Shown here: positions 15,118-32,135 of the stretch, piece by piece | Layout: each line of letters opens with the position of its first letter | Numbering within the stretch: position 1 is the first letter of the stretch | Notes under the pieces: generated by a model | The model's database searches: none | What the model was told of the DNA's origin: nothing | What the model saw: only the letters and a program-made list of their open reading frames with translations | Made by a program: the position numbers and the translations under genes | Origin: the human T2T-CHM13v2.0 reference genome, Homo sapiens | Strand: one strand, 5' to 3' | DNA: 64,000 nt | NCBI RefSeq assembly: GCF_009914755.1 | Contig: NC_060934.1

Positions 15118-15837
15118 TCATTCCATGTTCTATGCATGTAACGCACTCACACGTGGCTCATGAATACGTGAAATAGTAACTCTCAATACAAGAGAAAAAA
15201 GGCACCACTAGGATGTGAAAAAGAGAACTGAGTGCAAGAAAGATCTTACAGCTCATAGCTCTGGCTCTGCCATGCTAAATAACTGACCTGAAGCCATTTC
15301 CTTTCCTTGTGTGTCTTTAATGCTGAAGTCATCCCGGGTCTCCACCTCTGGCCTCCCTGGGCCTCTCCCCCATTCCTGCCTGTCTGCAGGCTAACTCAGT
15401 GTACTCAGAGCGAGTTTGCCTGGGACGAGACAGCTCTGCTTCTTCCTCTGGGCTCCTCCAACTCCCACTTCCCTCCAGCCAGACCCTCCCTCATTTGTTT
15501 ATCCTAATTGAGAAGCCCCCACCTGACATCTATATCCCCCTGAGGCCCTACCACGTGGCTTTAATCCTAGTTACCCCTCCAGGTCCAACTCAGACCTCTC
15601 CTTCCTGGTAAGCCTCTCCCTTCCTGACCAGCCAGGCCTCTGGTGACCCTGTCCTTCACCCTTCATGGCCCACGACGTCTGGCCCTTCTGTACAGTATAG
15701 AGATAAAGGGCATGAGCTCTGGAGCCAGACCTCCTAGGTTCAAATCCTGCCTCTCCTGTATACTAGCTACTTGTCGTCTAGAGCAGGTTTCTTTGTTTCT
15801 TGTGACACTCCATGAGTTCCTTCTTCTCAGCCAGGTT

Positions 15838-16170
<333 letters not shown>

Positions 16171-17794
16171 TTAAGGAAGAAGACCCTGCCTCCGACTTCC
16201 TTCCTTCCCTGCCACAGCACCCGACAAGGACACAGAAGCTTCGCAAGAAACATGACATTGATCACTGCTGTCTAATAGGCGACAGGCCCACTGAATAGTC
16301 ACGTGTGAGATCTAGATTCTTTCCTATATCCCTGGGCTTTGGTAAAGAGAGTTTAGCAGTACTCACCAATAGGGCGACAGACGCACAGAGAACACGAACA
16401 CACATGTGCAGATATATGCGTGCGTGGTTAAAGGATTTGTCCAAGGTGCCTGGGTGTTCACTGAATTCCCAGCAGAGCACAGGCATGGCGGAGGGTCTAT
16501 TCCCTGCGCTCAGCCCCTTAGATTACCCAGCCCCTCATTTTTATCCTATGGAGCATCTCCTTTCTGCATCTGACCCATTGTGGCAAAGTTCATTTCACTC
16601 TTTCTGTACTTAAATTTCCCCTCTCTTACATGCCTAAGAACCTGGTCCAATTCAGTTCACCTGGAAAATGAACAGTGAGTTTCTTCTTGGCTGGAATCTT
16701 ATTTTTGAAATCTCCCCGCCCACCCCACTTGGCCTGCACAGATGGATCTGTGCTCCATGGAGTGGGGCTTCTGGCCGCGAAACCCCTTGCAGGGCCCTGA
16801 GAAACACCGGATAAGATATTTTTCTGTTAAAGGCTACCATTTTCACCTGACTGTGGAGATGCAGAAACTCTCAGCTGCTCTCCACTAACTATTCCTGTAG
16901 TAACCGTGGTGCTGAGATAAGCTCTTGCCCTACACAGGAGTGGCTGTTTCAGGCAGATTACCCTGGAGGGCAAGCACGGCTTCATTCCTACCGGGTTATC
17001 ATGGGCTGCAGGAACAGGGGCTACTGCACAGGTCCAAGCCCTCTCACTGGGCGGGGTAACTCCAAATCTCCCTCCTGTCCAGAGCTCATGGGGAGGGACT
17101 GCAGCTTGTTTTGAGCATCAGAAGCCATGTGTGAGCTGGAATTGGTGCCAAGTCCTCCTTCTAAGCCCAGGGCTGGAGCGTCAACAGCGCCTAAAACCCA
17201 CTTTTGCTCCTCTGTAGAGTCTGATCTTTTTTCTGTCTCCCTGGGGCTACCTTCTTATTGTAAATGTCTCTGACCTTATGGAAAGTGATTTCTTAGTTGT
17301 CAGGCCTGGTTTTAGGGAATTACGCTGCTGTTTTTGGGGATGCATATAACTTTAGGTCCAGCGGCAGACAAAGAGAGGAAAACAGTGGGTATGAGCTGCC
17401 CAGACCCCAGCCACCTGGGGCTCCCTGCATTCCAACCTGGGGCCCCACTGTCTTGCATCTGACTTAAGAGTACAGGGACTTTTTACAACCCTGGTGCTCT
17501 CTGGGGTACGATTTTGGGTGGAGGGAAAAATAATTTCATTTCTTTCACATCCACCCACAATACTAACATCCTAAAATTACAGCTCCTGGAATAAAACAAC
17601 GTAGCACAACTGCTTTGGTGACAAATTCATTTTCGCATTGACCGTCCTGCCTGAAATACTTTTAGAAGCTCTAATGAGGGATTCTTCAGACTCTTCTATA
17701 GCAAAAGTTTCCTATGGGGACTTACTGGTGTGTGTTACAAAGTGCTATAAAGCTTCCTTCCAGTGCCCCGGCAGGTAAGACAAACACATACACT

Positions 17795-17796
<2 letters not shown>

Positions 17797-17825
<29 letters not shown>
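17797..17825. repeat. (CA)n microsatellite
   Basis: Direct read. Confidence 0.9.
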
Positions 17826-17828
<3 letters not shown>

Positions 17829-18082
17829 CCAGGGACACATGTGGCCAGATGAGACAGTCAGGGGATTGCTACTTACACACACGTGCGAACCCACTGCATT
17901 TATCAACACATGTAATTGAAAAGAAAGTTTCACTGTCTGATTTGAGCTCCATTCCCCAGGAGCCCCCACCCTCGCTCCCTGCTCCAAACTGACCATGAAC
18001 AACGACAGCCCCAAAATAATATCCATAACACGCCCGGCCGAGAGCCACGCCATCCCGCAAGAAAAGGACTTTTCAAGCTTAC

Positions 18083-18159
18083 CTGCGTGGGTCATGAACT
18101 TCCACGGAAAACTTCTTTTCTCTGAAGTACAGGTTTTCCAACTGTCTCCATTGGAATAT
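18083..18159 (-). CDS. FRMD4A: FRMD4A coding exon (77 nt, probably exon 13)
   Basis: Acceptor TTTTCTGTCCAG|A and donor CAG|GTAAG. Translates IFQWRQLENLYFREKKFSVEVHDPR(R). Confidence 0.96.
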
Positions 18160-18229
18160 CTGGACAGAAAACAGTGTAGTTTAAAACTCAGGAGGGGCTG
18201 GCTCCTGGGCCATCTTCCCCTCTCTGCTG

Positions 18230-18760
18230 GTTAACTTTCGACAGCTGGCAGTTTCCTTATCAAAACAGAGACCGTAGTCTGTGCCTCCTCCGCCTCTTGC
18301 TTGACACACACACACACATACACACACACACGCAGCTCTCCAGTTCAAAACCAGGCAATGTGGGTGTGGATTTTCCTGCAGGTTCCTTAACTGGAACAAA
18401 ACAAGTTCTTTTCAAGTTCTCCGCCTTCGGTCGGCCTTTGTTGGTTTGGTCGTGGCAGTCCCCAGCTTGGCAGACTTTTCCCTTCCAGGAGAGGGAGGAG
18501 AGGTGGAGACCGGGGAGAGGGACCCAGCAGGGAAGGCGGCGGGTGAGGGGAGAGGAGCGAGAGGAGCGAGCGCTCAGGAGGGAGCGGTAGCCATCTGCGT
18601 GGAGTGCTGAACTGAGCTTCCTCCCCTCCAGTGCTGAAATGGGAAGGCGTTCAAATTCCCAGCCTCCCATCGGGACTCCACTTCCTGCTCACTAATGTGT
18701 AAGAGCCTTGCAAAGGGCGGAGGAGGCTGGGACCTTATTTCGGGGGCAGGCAACTCAAGA
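18230..18760 (-). promoter_or_regulatory. Candidate internal promoter / alternative 5' exon of FRMD4A
   Basis: Transposon-free patch enriched in GC and CpG (GAGCGAGAGGAGCGAGCGC, GGCGGCGGG), resembling a 5' UTR, immediately upstream of exon 18083-18159. Confidence 0.4.
18304..18331. repeat. Interrupted (CA)n microsatellite
   Basis: Direct read. Confidence 0.9.
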
Positions 18761-19985
18761 TCACAGTGTGAGCCTGTCAAGCCCATTCTTCTTGCTGCAG
18801 CACAAAGAAAACCAAGAGTTCTGTCGCCCGGAAGGACGCTGCGGCCAGAGTCTCTCCCTCAAGCTTGGCCAGGGAGGGTGAGAAGTGGAATGAAGGGGCC
18901 CTGGCGGTCATTCCTCCTTCGGACCAGTGAGCTCGTTAACTGAGAAGCTGACTGTAATGTTTGGAAGTAATTAGGGCTGCATCCAATTGCTCCAGGAACG
19001 GGGTTCCTTTCATTGGATGAAAAAGAAAGTTACTTTAACCCTCTGGGAAATATCACAGGAGGTTCAACTTGTGTGCACACACATTTGCATTAATATTTGC
19101 TGGTTACTGCATCACCTTCCACATACTGGGAATTTCGGTTTATTTTGCGGAAAGAAGGGGTAAAGTAGGAATCTTGTTCTTGTCTTTCTGCGGGGAACAG
19201 CTTCCCTGGGCTCCCCCCTTTCTCTGGCCACTGAGTTAAATGCTTTTCAGGGTCTTACCCCAGAGTCCTCGGACCTCAGGCTCCTGACCCTCTCTGACCT
19301 GCTCATGTTCTGCCCACCTTAGAGACGTGATGGCCATTTCCTGTATCTGACCCACCCTGTCTTCCCAGGCTGGGGACACTGCTAGTCAATGGTTGGCTAG
19401 TGGACCTAGCACCCCATATAAAACTGGGCTGGAATAAAAACTGCTTCTGGAATGGCCACATTCTTTTATCCTCACAATCTGCTCTCTGGAATTTTACAAT
19501 TATTTTGTCTGCGTTAAGTACTGGGAAGGAGAATATCTATTATCTCTTATTACAGAGTTGCCTCTTTTGTCCCCGGCTCAGAGTGCATTTCACTCTGAAG
19601 CCCAAGGAAATTGTATTTTTCTTTCTTGTTAAGCATCAACTCCAGGTGGGTGGAGAGACACTGCAAGGAAAGCAAATGGCCCAAAGCTCTATGTTGGCTG
19701 ACAGCTTTGTGTCAGAGATTCAACAGCGCCTTAGCGGAGTCTATTACTAAAATACACAGACCCAGGTCTCATGGTCCTGTCTGATGCTTGGCCACTATAA
19801 ATCCTTCCATTAAAACACCCAAATTTCCTCTCTGGTCCCCAGGTATTATATATTCAGCGACATTCCACCTGAACTTAGCCAGAGCTACAAAAATACCAGA
19901 ATGAACAGGTTCCACGACATTGGCCTCATAGCCTGGGGGCAGTACACTGAGCAAAGCGGTCAGGCAGGCAGGCTTTGTGGTCTGA

Positions 19986-20308
<323 letters not shown>

Positions 20309-20924
20309 TCAGGCTCTAAGCTGCTGGACCTGACACAAGTTACAGCATTTCCTTTAGCCTCAGTTTTCCCCTCTGTAAAATGGCAAAAATAACCCCTCTA
20401 AGGTAGATTTCAGCAGCCACAGATCGTAGTACAGTACCGGCACAAAGTGACCTTAGATCTTACTATGAATCCCAAATGCTCTTACTTCTCCCAAATCCTT
20501 GCAGATTAAAAGAGAGTAACTCCAGAACAACCAGAATCATTCTTTTCTTAGATTTCCTAACTCAAGCCCTGAGTTTTGGATTTAAAAAAAAAAATATGTG
20601 TGTGCTGCAAATCCTTAAATACAGAGAATTTTTCTCCCAGTGCCTCTCCCCTCCTCTCACGTAAGGGATGTGGATGGTACTTCAATGAAAGGGTCCTGTT
20701 GGCTGCATACCACGGCGGTCCCTCAGCCCCTATCCTGCACCCGCCTTGCTCAGGCAAAGTGAAGTCTTGAACAGGATCGGCCTTCTGGGTGTGCGACCTG
20801 AGGGCCCTTTGCTCAGAAGGTCCTTGGCTTGATTTCCTGCTCTGCTGTTGATATCTTGAAATTCCTAACAGGTTTTTTTTTCTTTCTTTATATCTTTATT
20901 CTTTTTTTTTGTCTTGTTGCTATA

Positions 20925-21048
20925 CGCTTTTTAAAAAATTAATTTCCATAGGTTTTTGGGGAACAGGCGGTATTTGGTTAATTAGTTCCTTAGTGGTGAT
21001 TTATGAGATTTTGGTGTGCCCATCCCCTGAGCAGTGTACACTGAACCC
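20925..21048 (-). mobile_element. L1PB-like 3' end fragment
   Basis: ATAGGTTTTTGGGGAACAGG...AGTGGTGATTT...GAGCAGTGTACACTG. Confidence 0.65.
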
Positions 21049-21760
21049 ACCTAATGGGTTTGATCAAGGGGCCCTGCATTTCCATTTTGCACTGGGCCCT
21101 GCTCATTGTGGACTTGATCCTGGCCTTAGGTCCTGGCATGTACTGGTGCTGGCAGGCTCTGTGGGGTAAGGTGCCTGCCAGCCTAATGGGCAGGCCTGGG
21201 AGGTGGAACCCTCAAGCCCTCCAAGAGAAGGAAAGAAAGCAGAACCAGGTGTGAGCACGCTTGAGAAAACCCCTGTGCCTTTCATGGGAAGCCCCCCTCC
21301 CCACCCGATGAAGAACCCCAGAGCAGAATGCTCCGAGGGGTTGTTTCCCTGGCAACTCCTGTCTCCCCCATTCCATGCAAAATAAAACACAAACCAAGCT
21401 TTGCTTTAAGTGCTCCCTGATGCAGTTCAGCGTGGAGAACTGCGCGTCTGCCAAAGAGCCCGAACAAAACCATCTGGACTCTGCTGCATGGCCCCGTCTG
21501 TGGCTGCTGTAGCTGCCCGTGGGAAGGCCCTGCCTCCAGCTTCTGCCCTTGGCTGCGAACCATGGAGTCCCGGCTCCCAGGCCTATCCCCGGGATGATGC
21601 ACTAGACATTTTTGTGGCAGGGTGCAGAACAATGGATTCCCCCTGATGCTTGCTTTAAGCATGAATTTTTGTTTTGCAAATGCAATCCTGGGAAGGAAGG
21701 GTAAGAGTAAAGTGAAGGGATGGGTGGTTTTCAGGATCAGATTGTTGCATTGAGACATTA

Positions 21761-22112
<352 letters not shown>

Positions 22113-23251
22113 TCAGAACAGTAGCCTGATCTGACTTCTCTTCACTTAGGAGGGAGGGGGTGAGCTAGGGAGCAGGAATATGAAGGCAGTAGGGACCAGG
22201 AGGGTGGAAGCAGCTGCCCCTTGCCCAGGGCCGGGGTGCAGCTTGCTGGAAAAGCATCATTTTCTTCATGGGGTCTGGGGCATTTCTGCCCATGGGCCCT
22301 TGAGGCTTAGAAGTCCTGCCTGTTAAATACCTCACTCTGAGGCTGGCAGAGCAAACACAACAATCAAATCAACAAACAGGAGATGCTCCACCTTGCCTCC
22401 CCTTTGTAAACAGGGTAAGGTGGGCTCTGACTGAGCTGGTTTCGGGGCAGCCCCGATGGTCTGCGCCACCTCAGGGGAGCCTCCCGAGCTTGCGCTGGCT
22501 CAGTGCAGCCGTCATAACCCACCACCATGTAAAGCTGCCAACACACTCTGCCTCTCCGCATAAAAACACAGCAGGCACCCATAATGATCATCAGGATGAC
22601 TGGGCCGGTTCCCTTAGGGATTTGTGTAACGCCTATGGCCAATTATATCCAAGGAGCTAATTAAAAAGCTAAAATACTTAGTTCTACCAATAATCAAAGA
22701 ATGTATTAATTCATACCTGTTAAATCAAGGGGTTTCTAGTGCACGTCACTTAAGCATCTTTAAAAAGCCCTGCAAACATCGTTCCTTTGATCTTTTGGCA
22801 TCCCTCAAGAAGATCAAGTGGGAAATTTACTTCTTGGGTGAAACAAGGCCCAGAGAAATTAAGGAAAACTGCCTAAGGCCACACAGCAAGTAAGTGAAGG
22901 AACCAGAAATAGAAGTCAAGGGCACCTGGTCCATTACTCTAACCTCTAACTATGTTGCTTTCCCCAGGAGTCCACCAATTAGTGGGAACAGCTCTTACTG
23001 ACTAATGGATGGTTAACTTTACAAGTGGAATGATTTTTACAAATGAGCTACAATATGACTGTAAGTAGAAAGTAAAAAAGCAAATCTTTTTCATCCTGCA
23101 CCATGGCCTGGCTTTCCTTTTATACGGTAAATGATAACAAGTATTCTTTCCTTCTATCCTTGGAGTCCTGGCTTCCTCTAGTTTTCTATACAGCAATGCT
23201 TCAATACTCAGTAGCTTTCAATACTCAATGCTTTCCATACTCCAAAGACTA

Positions 23252-23660
<409 letters not shown>

Positions 23661-24805
23661 CTATGTCTGTCCCTGTTGTTGGGACTGGCTGATACTGGAT
23701 GTGGATTCTTAGTTTCTGACCTAGACTTGCCGTGACTCCCAATGCAATCACAGGTCCTCCACTTCCCTGTTCTGGGCCTCAGTATCTTCATGTATGAAAA
23801 CAGGAGGTGGGAAACACTTATCCACGGAGTGCAAACAAAAGTGGGTAATAAATACTGCCTTTGAGACCTGAATGCAACAGGGTCCACTCTAAGTACTTAA
23901 TGAGCAGGGACCAGTTACTGGTTTCTATTAGATGGCCTGCTGGATTCCCACATCCTGTATTTAGCTGAAGGCTGGGGCAGAGGAAGGGGCTTTGGCTCCA
24001 CTGGACTTCCTCCCCAGCCAGCATTTATGGAGAGCTGGGACTGCATGTGGAGTGGTGGGCAAGCTCCCAGGACGATGTGGAAATAGACGCTTGAGAGGAA
24101 GCTCAGTCTAGTGGCTCTGATGCTTGACTAGGACTTTGGAGAACCTCGTCTTCCCCCGCTGCCCCTGAGGCTGAGTCACCAAGCTTCTTAATGATCTCCC
24201 TATGAGTAACTTCCTGTTTCATCCAGGGGGGCTATTACACAGAATCACAGCAGCCATCTGGTCCACCTCCTCCTTGCACAGATAAAGTAACCCCAGTAGA
24301 GAGAGGTTAAGGGATTGGCAGAGGTTAAATAAGTAATTGATGATGGGACCCACATCTTGTGACTTCTGGTCCTGGGCTCTTTCTAACACACCATGAAGCT
24401 CTGACAATGAACGAGAACAAAGTTGTTTCAAGCTTCTTGTTCTGAGTCTCTATATAAGAAGAATTAGACTCATGGACAGGAATAATCTCCAAGCTCAGAA
24501 GAAAACATACAAACTGAAAAACTCACTTCCTTATTTCATTTCTGCCCTTTTTACTTTCTAGAGCAGACTGGCACTTGCAAATCTTTAGACGGATTTACAT
24601 TTTCAGCAAATACAAATGAGTTGTTTCACATCTAGAGGGCTGCAGGGCAAAAGAAAGGAGTCACTGAACCCGAATCAGATGGAATTTAAAATGTGAGAGC
24701 ACCCAGAAAGCTCCAAACCTGTGCTCTCAGAGGACTGGATCCCATGTGCCCTGGTAAGGTTTTGCTATTGGAGCACAGCCGGTTCTAAGGGGCAACAGAA
24801 GTAGG

Positions 24806-25403
<598 letters not shown>

Positions 25404-25799
25404 CAGGTATATGTTTTTAGTGGGTTGAAATCATATGTCAGAGGTTTTTTTTTTTCTATCAGTTTTTTAGGCATTCAATATATTTTACTTTTTACAAAAA
25501 AAGAAGACAGAGGCAAGGCCCTTGGGTTTCAGGCAGCATTGAATTCCCATTCCCTTTCCAACCATTCATGTAGTAGTCTTCTACTTTGTACTGGACTGTT
25601 CTCATAGGCAAGAGGAAACACATGGTGCCTAATACATGTTTATATTTGTAGCGAGCTTACAATCTACTTGGGAAGACAAGACATACATAAAGTAGCTGTA
25701 TTCATGCTACAGGAACCCATGGTTCCTATAGCCAGAGATGGAAACCATCTCTGGTTTCTGTACCAGGCTTTACAAACTCTATAGAAGTGCCGCACTGCA

Positions 25800-26124
<325 letters not shown>

Positions 26125-26449
26125 TCATTCACATATATCTCATGCTTTTGTCTCAAATAATCAGTATTCATGACTCTTGTTTACTCTTGATTGTTTTGGT
26201 TTTCATTTTTAGGAGCAAGAACCCTGGGTGGGAGGTCAGGAGCCCTCAGTTCTAGCTCTGACTTTGTAGAGCCCTCTCCATCTTAGCTTCGTCCTCTCTA
26301 AAACGAGGGGGTGTGTGGGCATTCCTACATTCTGTGCATGGGTTGAAGGTCAGCATTGTAAATCCAGAGAATGTCAAGCTGCAATTCTTTGGAATTTAAA
26401 AATAAAGTAGCTTGAGTTAAACATTTCCTACCGATGGGAGACAATATAG

Positions 26450-26650
26450 AATAGCATGGATTAAAAGCATGGTTTTCAACGTCATACTGTCTGCCACTTA
26501 CCGGCTGTGTATTCTCAGCAATTGAATTTGTGCCTTAGTTTTTTCATCTTTGAAATAATAGGAATAATAGCACTTTTCTCATAGGGCTGCTGTACTAATG
26601 AATTAATATATGTTAAATGCTTAAAATGGTGCCTGGTACATAGTGCTGAA
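26450..26650. mobile_element. MIR
   Basis: TGTGCCTTAGTTTTTTCATCTTTGAAAT...CTCATAGGGCTGCTGT...GTGCCTGGTACATAGT core. Confidence 0.7.
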
Positions 26651-26661
26651 GAAATAATATG

Positions 26662-26965
26662 AGACTGGTGCAGTCAGTGGCTCTTGCCTGTAATCCCAGC
26701 ACTTTGGGAGGCTGACATGGGTGGATCATCTGAGGTCAGGAGTTTGAGACCAGCCTGGCCAACATGGTGAAACCCAGTCTCTACTAAAGATACAAAAATT
26801 AGCAAGGCGTGGTGGCATGCATCTGTAATCCCAGCTATTCAGGAGGCTGAGGAAGCAGAATTGCTTGAATTCGGGAGGCGGAGGTTGCAGTGAGCAGAGA
26901 CGTGTCACTGCCCTCTGGCCTGGGTGACAGAGTGAGACTCCCCCCTCAAAAAAAAAAAAAAAAAA
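26662..26965 (+). mobile_element. Alu
   Basis: Dimeric Alu with an A tail. Confidence 0.9.
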
Positions 26966-28358
26966 GAAATGCTATGATTGTACACATTCCCCTCCGTCAA
27001 TTACATACCAATATTATTGTTCAAGTAAAACATAAAAGTTATGAATACTTTGAACACATATCAGCACAAAGTACAGGTTTGTGTAATGTTTTTTTGAAAG
27101 ACAACTCATATGGTGTCATGAGCATTGCAAAAACTGTTTTCTGTGAAATTGGATTGTTTACAATGCAAGGAGAAGTTGGACCCAGGGTCCCCATTCATTC
27201 GTTTGTGCTGGAGTTTGCTGTATTCTCTTTGGGGTTGTTTATTCCTAGTCTTATTGGCCAATTCCTCCGTCCACTGCAATCTTGACCAGAGTCAGTTTTG
27301 ACCATTTTCCTGTTATGACTTCTAATCTCAAAACATTCACCCTGCGAAAAAAGTATCCCATTGTAAGATGACTCAGTCTTACACAGAACAGAGTGGGCTA
27401 TAATGGGAACATATCAGGCCCTCCCAAATACCCAAACAATGACGGCAGATCACTGGCTTCCTAAATGGGTCTGAGGATGTCCTCCATCACTTGCACTGAA
27501 AGAGGCATCTATCTTCTTCAGAGATGGCCACACACCCAGCACAGGAGACAATGGCTAATTCTTCTCTGCAGCCAGGCCTAATGGAATCAAGATGTTCTTC
27601 CGGCCAATTGCGTCTTCCTCATTGTCAGACAACGCGAGCTCTAAATTGATTTGGTTCATTCAGTGACAGATACCCAGAGCACCGGGCCTTGACCCCTTAA
27701 TGGATGGCCTCTTTTTAACCCATCAAAAACCTCTTAGCTTCCTTTGGCTTAAGAGTCATTACTAGGGGAAAAGGGAGAAAGAGGTTAACAAGTACTTGAC
27801 AAGCCCATTGAGACGCAGGCCATTTTGTTTTTCTCCATTGGACTTGATTTCCTTGTAATTTTCTCCCTAGAGGCCTCTCTCTGTATTATTTTCTTGTGTG
27901 TATTTTGGCTTTTCTTGCAGAAAGACTTCACCATAAAGCTTTGATGAATGTAAATACTTTCAAGAGAAGCTGGAATTGTTTTTCCTTTCCTATCCTCTGC
28001 CCCCTGATGTAATTCCTTCCCTCCTCAGAGTGCCCCAAGGGACTGGCTGGGGTCAGTGGGTTGAATGGCTGAAGCTGTCCAGTGATTTGGAATATCTGGG
28101 TCTAGCTTTGGTTTTTCTAGCAATGAGCACTGTGACCCAGTGATGTGTGGCTTAACCTCTCTGTGCTCCAGTCTTTCCTTGAAAAAAAGCCAAGGCTAAT
28201 TCTACCTGCTATGACAGACCTCAGTGGGATGCTTCAAAGGGGAATTAATCAATCTGAGAAATACTTGGTACATCTGGGGAGAAAATGATGGTAGGCCATT
28301 TCACCTGCTTTGGCCAAGGCATCTCTTTCCAGATTGGTGTAAAGTTATTTTTCTTAAA

Positions 28359-28654
<296 letters not shown>

Positions 28655-31097
28655 AAATTTTTTTTTTTTTTTTTAATCAGGGTTTGACTACTTTGGAGGA
28701 CAGGCTTTAGGGAGAAACCTGTTGTTCTTGTTTTTTTTTTTTTTTTTCCAGGGGTGGCGGGGGGGGTTGGCAGTTGGCATTTCTCTTATGCCTGCTCCAG
28801 CTCTATCCAGAGACGTGGCATCATAGAGACATCCCGATCTCCTCTGTGGAGGTCATCGGACTGTACGGAAGATGGGGATGGGATAGAAGAAAATGGACTG
28901 GCAACCAGCTCTGCAGGGAAATACAGGCATACACTCACAAGAAACACCGTGCTTTATCACCCATAACAAAAAGAAAACGAAATGTCAATACTCTGCCCTA
29001 GCGATATCTGTGTGAGGCAAAAAAAGAAAAAAGCAAGCAAGCAAACCAGCAAGGGCTTTGGCGTTTGGGAATAATTATTTAACAGCAGCTTGTTTGCACT
29101 TTGGAACACCTCGTGCTTCCAGAGCCGGCCCATCCTGCTGGGGAGGGGAGAGGTCCCAGCGCTGCTGTCTGGCAGACCTTGGTTTCGGTGGGCACCAGAA
29201 GCGAGGCAGATTGCTTGCTGCTGCAACTTCACGCGTGAGCTCCAGGCTCCCCTGGTTGGAAGGTGCCAGGGAGTGAGGCGGGTGAGCAGGCATCAGGCCA
29301 GGGGTTTGTGGTTTGCTTTTCAAGTCAGGCTGCTGCTGGGAGAAGGAACGCTTGCGGTCTCGCCAGCTGCTCTGCAATTGTGGCGGCAGCCAGCAGAGAT
29401 AGGAGGCGGTGGGCCTGCCCCGCTCCAGCCTGGACTTTCCACTTGGAGGGCCTGACTTCTCCGCTTGACCCGAGACATGCAGGGGGCTGCGGCTGGGCCA
29501 CGGTCTCTGCAGCTGGGGCCTTTCTCTCTACGGATCCTCTTGCGGGAGCAATTTGGTATCTGCTCTGCGAGGTTTCCTTCCAGAAAGAAGTGAGGACTTC
29601 AGATCTAGACTTTCTGTCTTTCCAGGAGGGCTGGTCCTATTTAGAGCTCTGCTCTTTCCCCCAGAGGACTTCTGCAGTGTGCAGATTGACTTGGGGAAAC
29701 TGAATTGTGGGGAAGAGGAGGGGCGGAAGCAGAGGAGGAAGCTGAGGTGTCTACTCTGCAGCCTGCCTTAAACAACTTTCTTTTCACCAGGGCTATCCCA
29801 AGCCTCCCAAAATTCCCAGCCCTGGTCTGGGCCAGTTCTCCCAGATATTCATACACATACCTCTGCCAAAGCAATGATCATGTGGTGCCGTAATGGCTTT
29901 TATGCTCTAATGTCTTCCTCAACCAGACTCAAATTTCCTTGAGTATGTTTTCCTGGCACCTAGCATGTACCTGGGGGCATATTAGACACTCAATAGTTGT
30001 CTGTTGAGTGAGTGAATGAATGAATGAAGAGCTTTTTGAGATATTAGCTATTATGACAACTGAAGTTCAGAGAGGTTAAGTCACTTTCTCAAGGTCACAC
30101 AGACGCCACATGGTGGGAGGTGACACTTGAGCCCTCCTCTGTCTGCTCGACTCCATGCTATTTCCACCATGTGAGGAACCTCCAGTGGCTGAACCCAGAT
30201 ATATTGTTAAAAATACATTTCTAAGCTGCAAGGGATGCGATAATAGGGAAATGGCAGTTAGAGTCAGCTCAAGGAGGGACAATGGTAAGAGCCACAGCCG
30301 AGGAGCCGTAGCCCTTCTTTCTGGCAGCTCTGTTAGAACTGAACTCTACTCTTCCAAGGTGAACTGGGGAAGTCTACGATTCCAGCAGCTCATGGTCTCA
30401 AACTGGAAGCCTACTCCCAACCTAGAGGTCAGATCTTTACAAATCATGTTGCCTAGAAATTGCCTCTGTCTGCTTGAGGTGGTCAAGAATGACCCCAGGC
30501 AGGTAGGACCCCGACTGTAACACCCTTGAGCCCTACTTGCAGGTGCCGATTCACAGCCCAAGGCGGGCAGGCAGAGTTGGGCACAGCATGTTCTGGCTGT
30601 GTAAGGTTTGGTGTTAAACAGGTTTACATTTTCCGGAAGGTCAGTTCAGCCTGGGCTTCCCCTCTGAATCAAACTCATTAAGAAGAAGGAGGGGGAAAAA
30701 AAGCCTTACACAGCTTCCTAAGTATTGGCTGGTTCAGCAGAAACAAGCTGTTAAAACTGGCCAAGACAAAGAGGTTACCAGAAGTCGACAAGCAGGGTTT
30801 CCCAACTGAACAGATCCTTAGAAGAAAGCAAAGAAGTCTAGATTAACCAGAATTATTCAAGGGTCTGCAGTACTCCAGCAATTCACTCAAGATATCCTCA
30901 TTACTCTGTGTTCTTTTGGTGCTATGGACAAAAATAAAATCAAAGGAGAGCCCAGATGGGAGCAATTTTTATGCTTTTCATTTTTTCATCAGCAAACCTA
31001 AGCTGTAAAAAGCCAGTCCCTCTCCTCCATTCTCCTCCCAACTATCTTGCTCTCTACGTGGAGCTCTCTGCAACCCTTCCTTGGATGAGTTATATTC

Positions 31098-31385
31098 TTT
31101 TTTGAGACAGAGTCTTGCTGTGTCGCCCAGGCTGTGGTGCAGTGGGGTGATCTTGGCTCACTGCAACCTCCGCCTCCTGGGTTTAAGCAATTCTCCTGCC
31201 TCAGCCTCCTGAGTAGCTCAGACTACAGGTGCGCGCCAGCACGCCCAGCTAATTTTTGTATTTTTAGTAGAGACGGGGTTTCACTATGTTGGCCAGACTG
31301 GTCTCAAACTCCTGACTTCAGGCGATCCGCCCACCTCAGCCTCCCAAAGTGTTGGGATTACAGGCATGAGCTACTGCACCTGGCC
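31098..31385 (-). mobile_element. Alu
   Basis: Approximate TSD AGTTATRTTCTT. Confidence 0.92.
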
Positions 31386-31499
31386 CCAGTTATGTTCTTA
31401 AAGCATCAATCAATGAGGCCACTATCCACAGACATAAGGAGGAGTCTGTGAAATTAGCAGTGGGTCGCAAAAATGATTAGATATTCTGCTCCGGCAACT

Positions 31500-31800
31500 T
31501 TTATCCATTCAACAACCACGTGTTGAGTAGCTACCATGGACCTGGCACTGTGTCAGGCACTGAGGATACAGCAGTGTATCCTGCACATTCTTATGAAGGG
31601 AGAGGTGGGCAAATAAATAAGAAATAAATAAGAAAACTACGTGGTACATACAGTAAGTTAGAAGATAACAGGTTTGAAGCACAAATGGGAACCAGGGAAG
31701 GATAGGACAGGGTTTGCCACTGTTAACAAGGTAGCCAGGGAAGGTGTTGGTGAAGTGACATCGAGTCAATATCAGAAAGAAACCAGGGGCAAAGCTGGGC
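31500..31800. mobile_element. L2 fragment
   Basis: CATTCAACAA...TGAG...AGGCACTGAGGATACAGCAGTG. Confidence 0.55.
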
Positions 31801-31914
31801 AGCTATGTGAGGGAAAAGGATGACTGCAGATACAGAAGTCAGGGGCGTCATTTGTGTGTTTGTGTTTGCTGTACAAGTGTAGAAAATGCTGAAATAAACA
31901 TCAAAGGACGATAG

Positions 31915-32135
31915 AATATTATGCAGCCCTAAAAAAGGAATGCAGTACTAATGTGTGCTGCAACAGGGATGAACCCTGCAAACATTCTCTAAGTGAAAGA
32001 AGCCAGACACGAATGGCCACATACCATATGGTTCCATTTCTAGGAAATGTCCAGAATAGGCAAATCCATAGGGACACAAAGTAGATGAGTGGGTGCCTTG
32101 GGCTTTGGAGGATGGGGAGAAATGGACAGTGACAA
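31915..32135 (+). mobile_element. Old L1 (L1MB/MC/ME-type) fragment
   Basis: AAGTGAAAGAAGCCAGACAC...AATGTCCAGAATAGGCAAATCCATAG. Confidence 0.7.
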
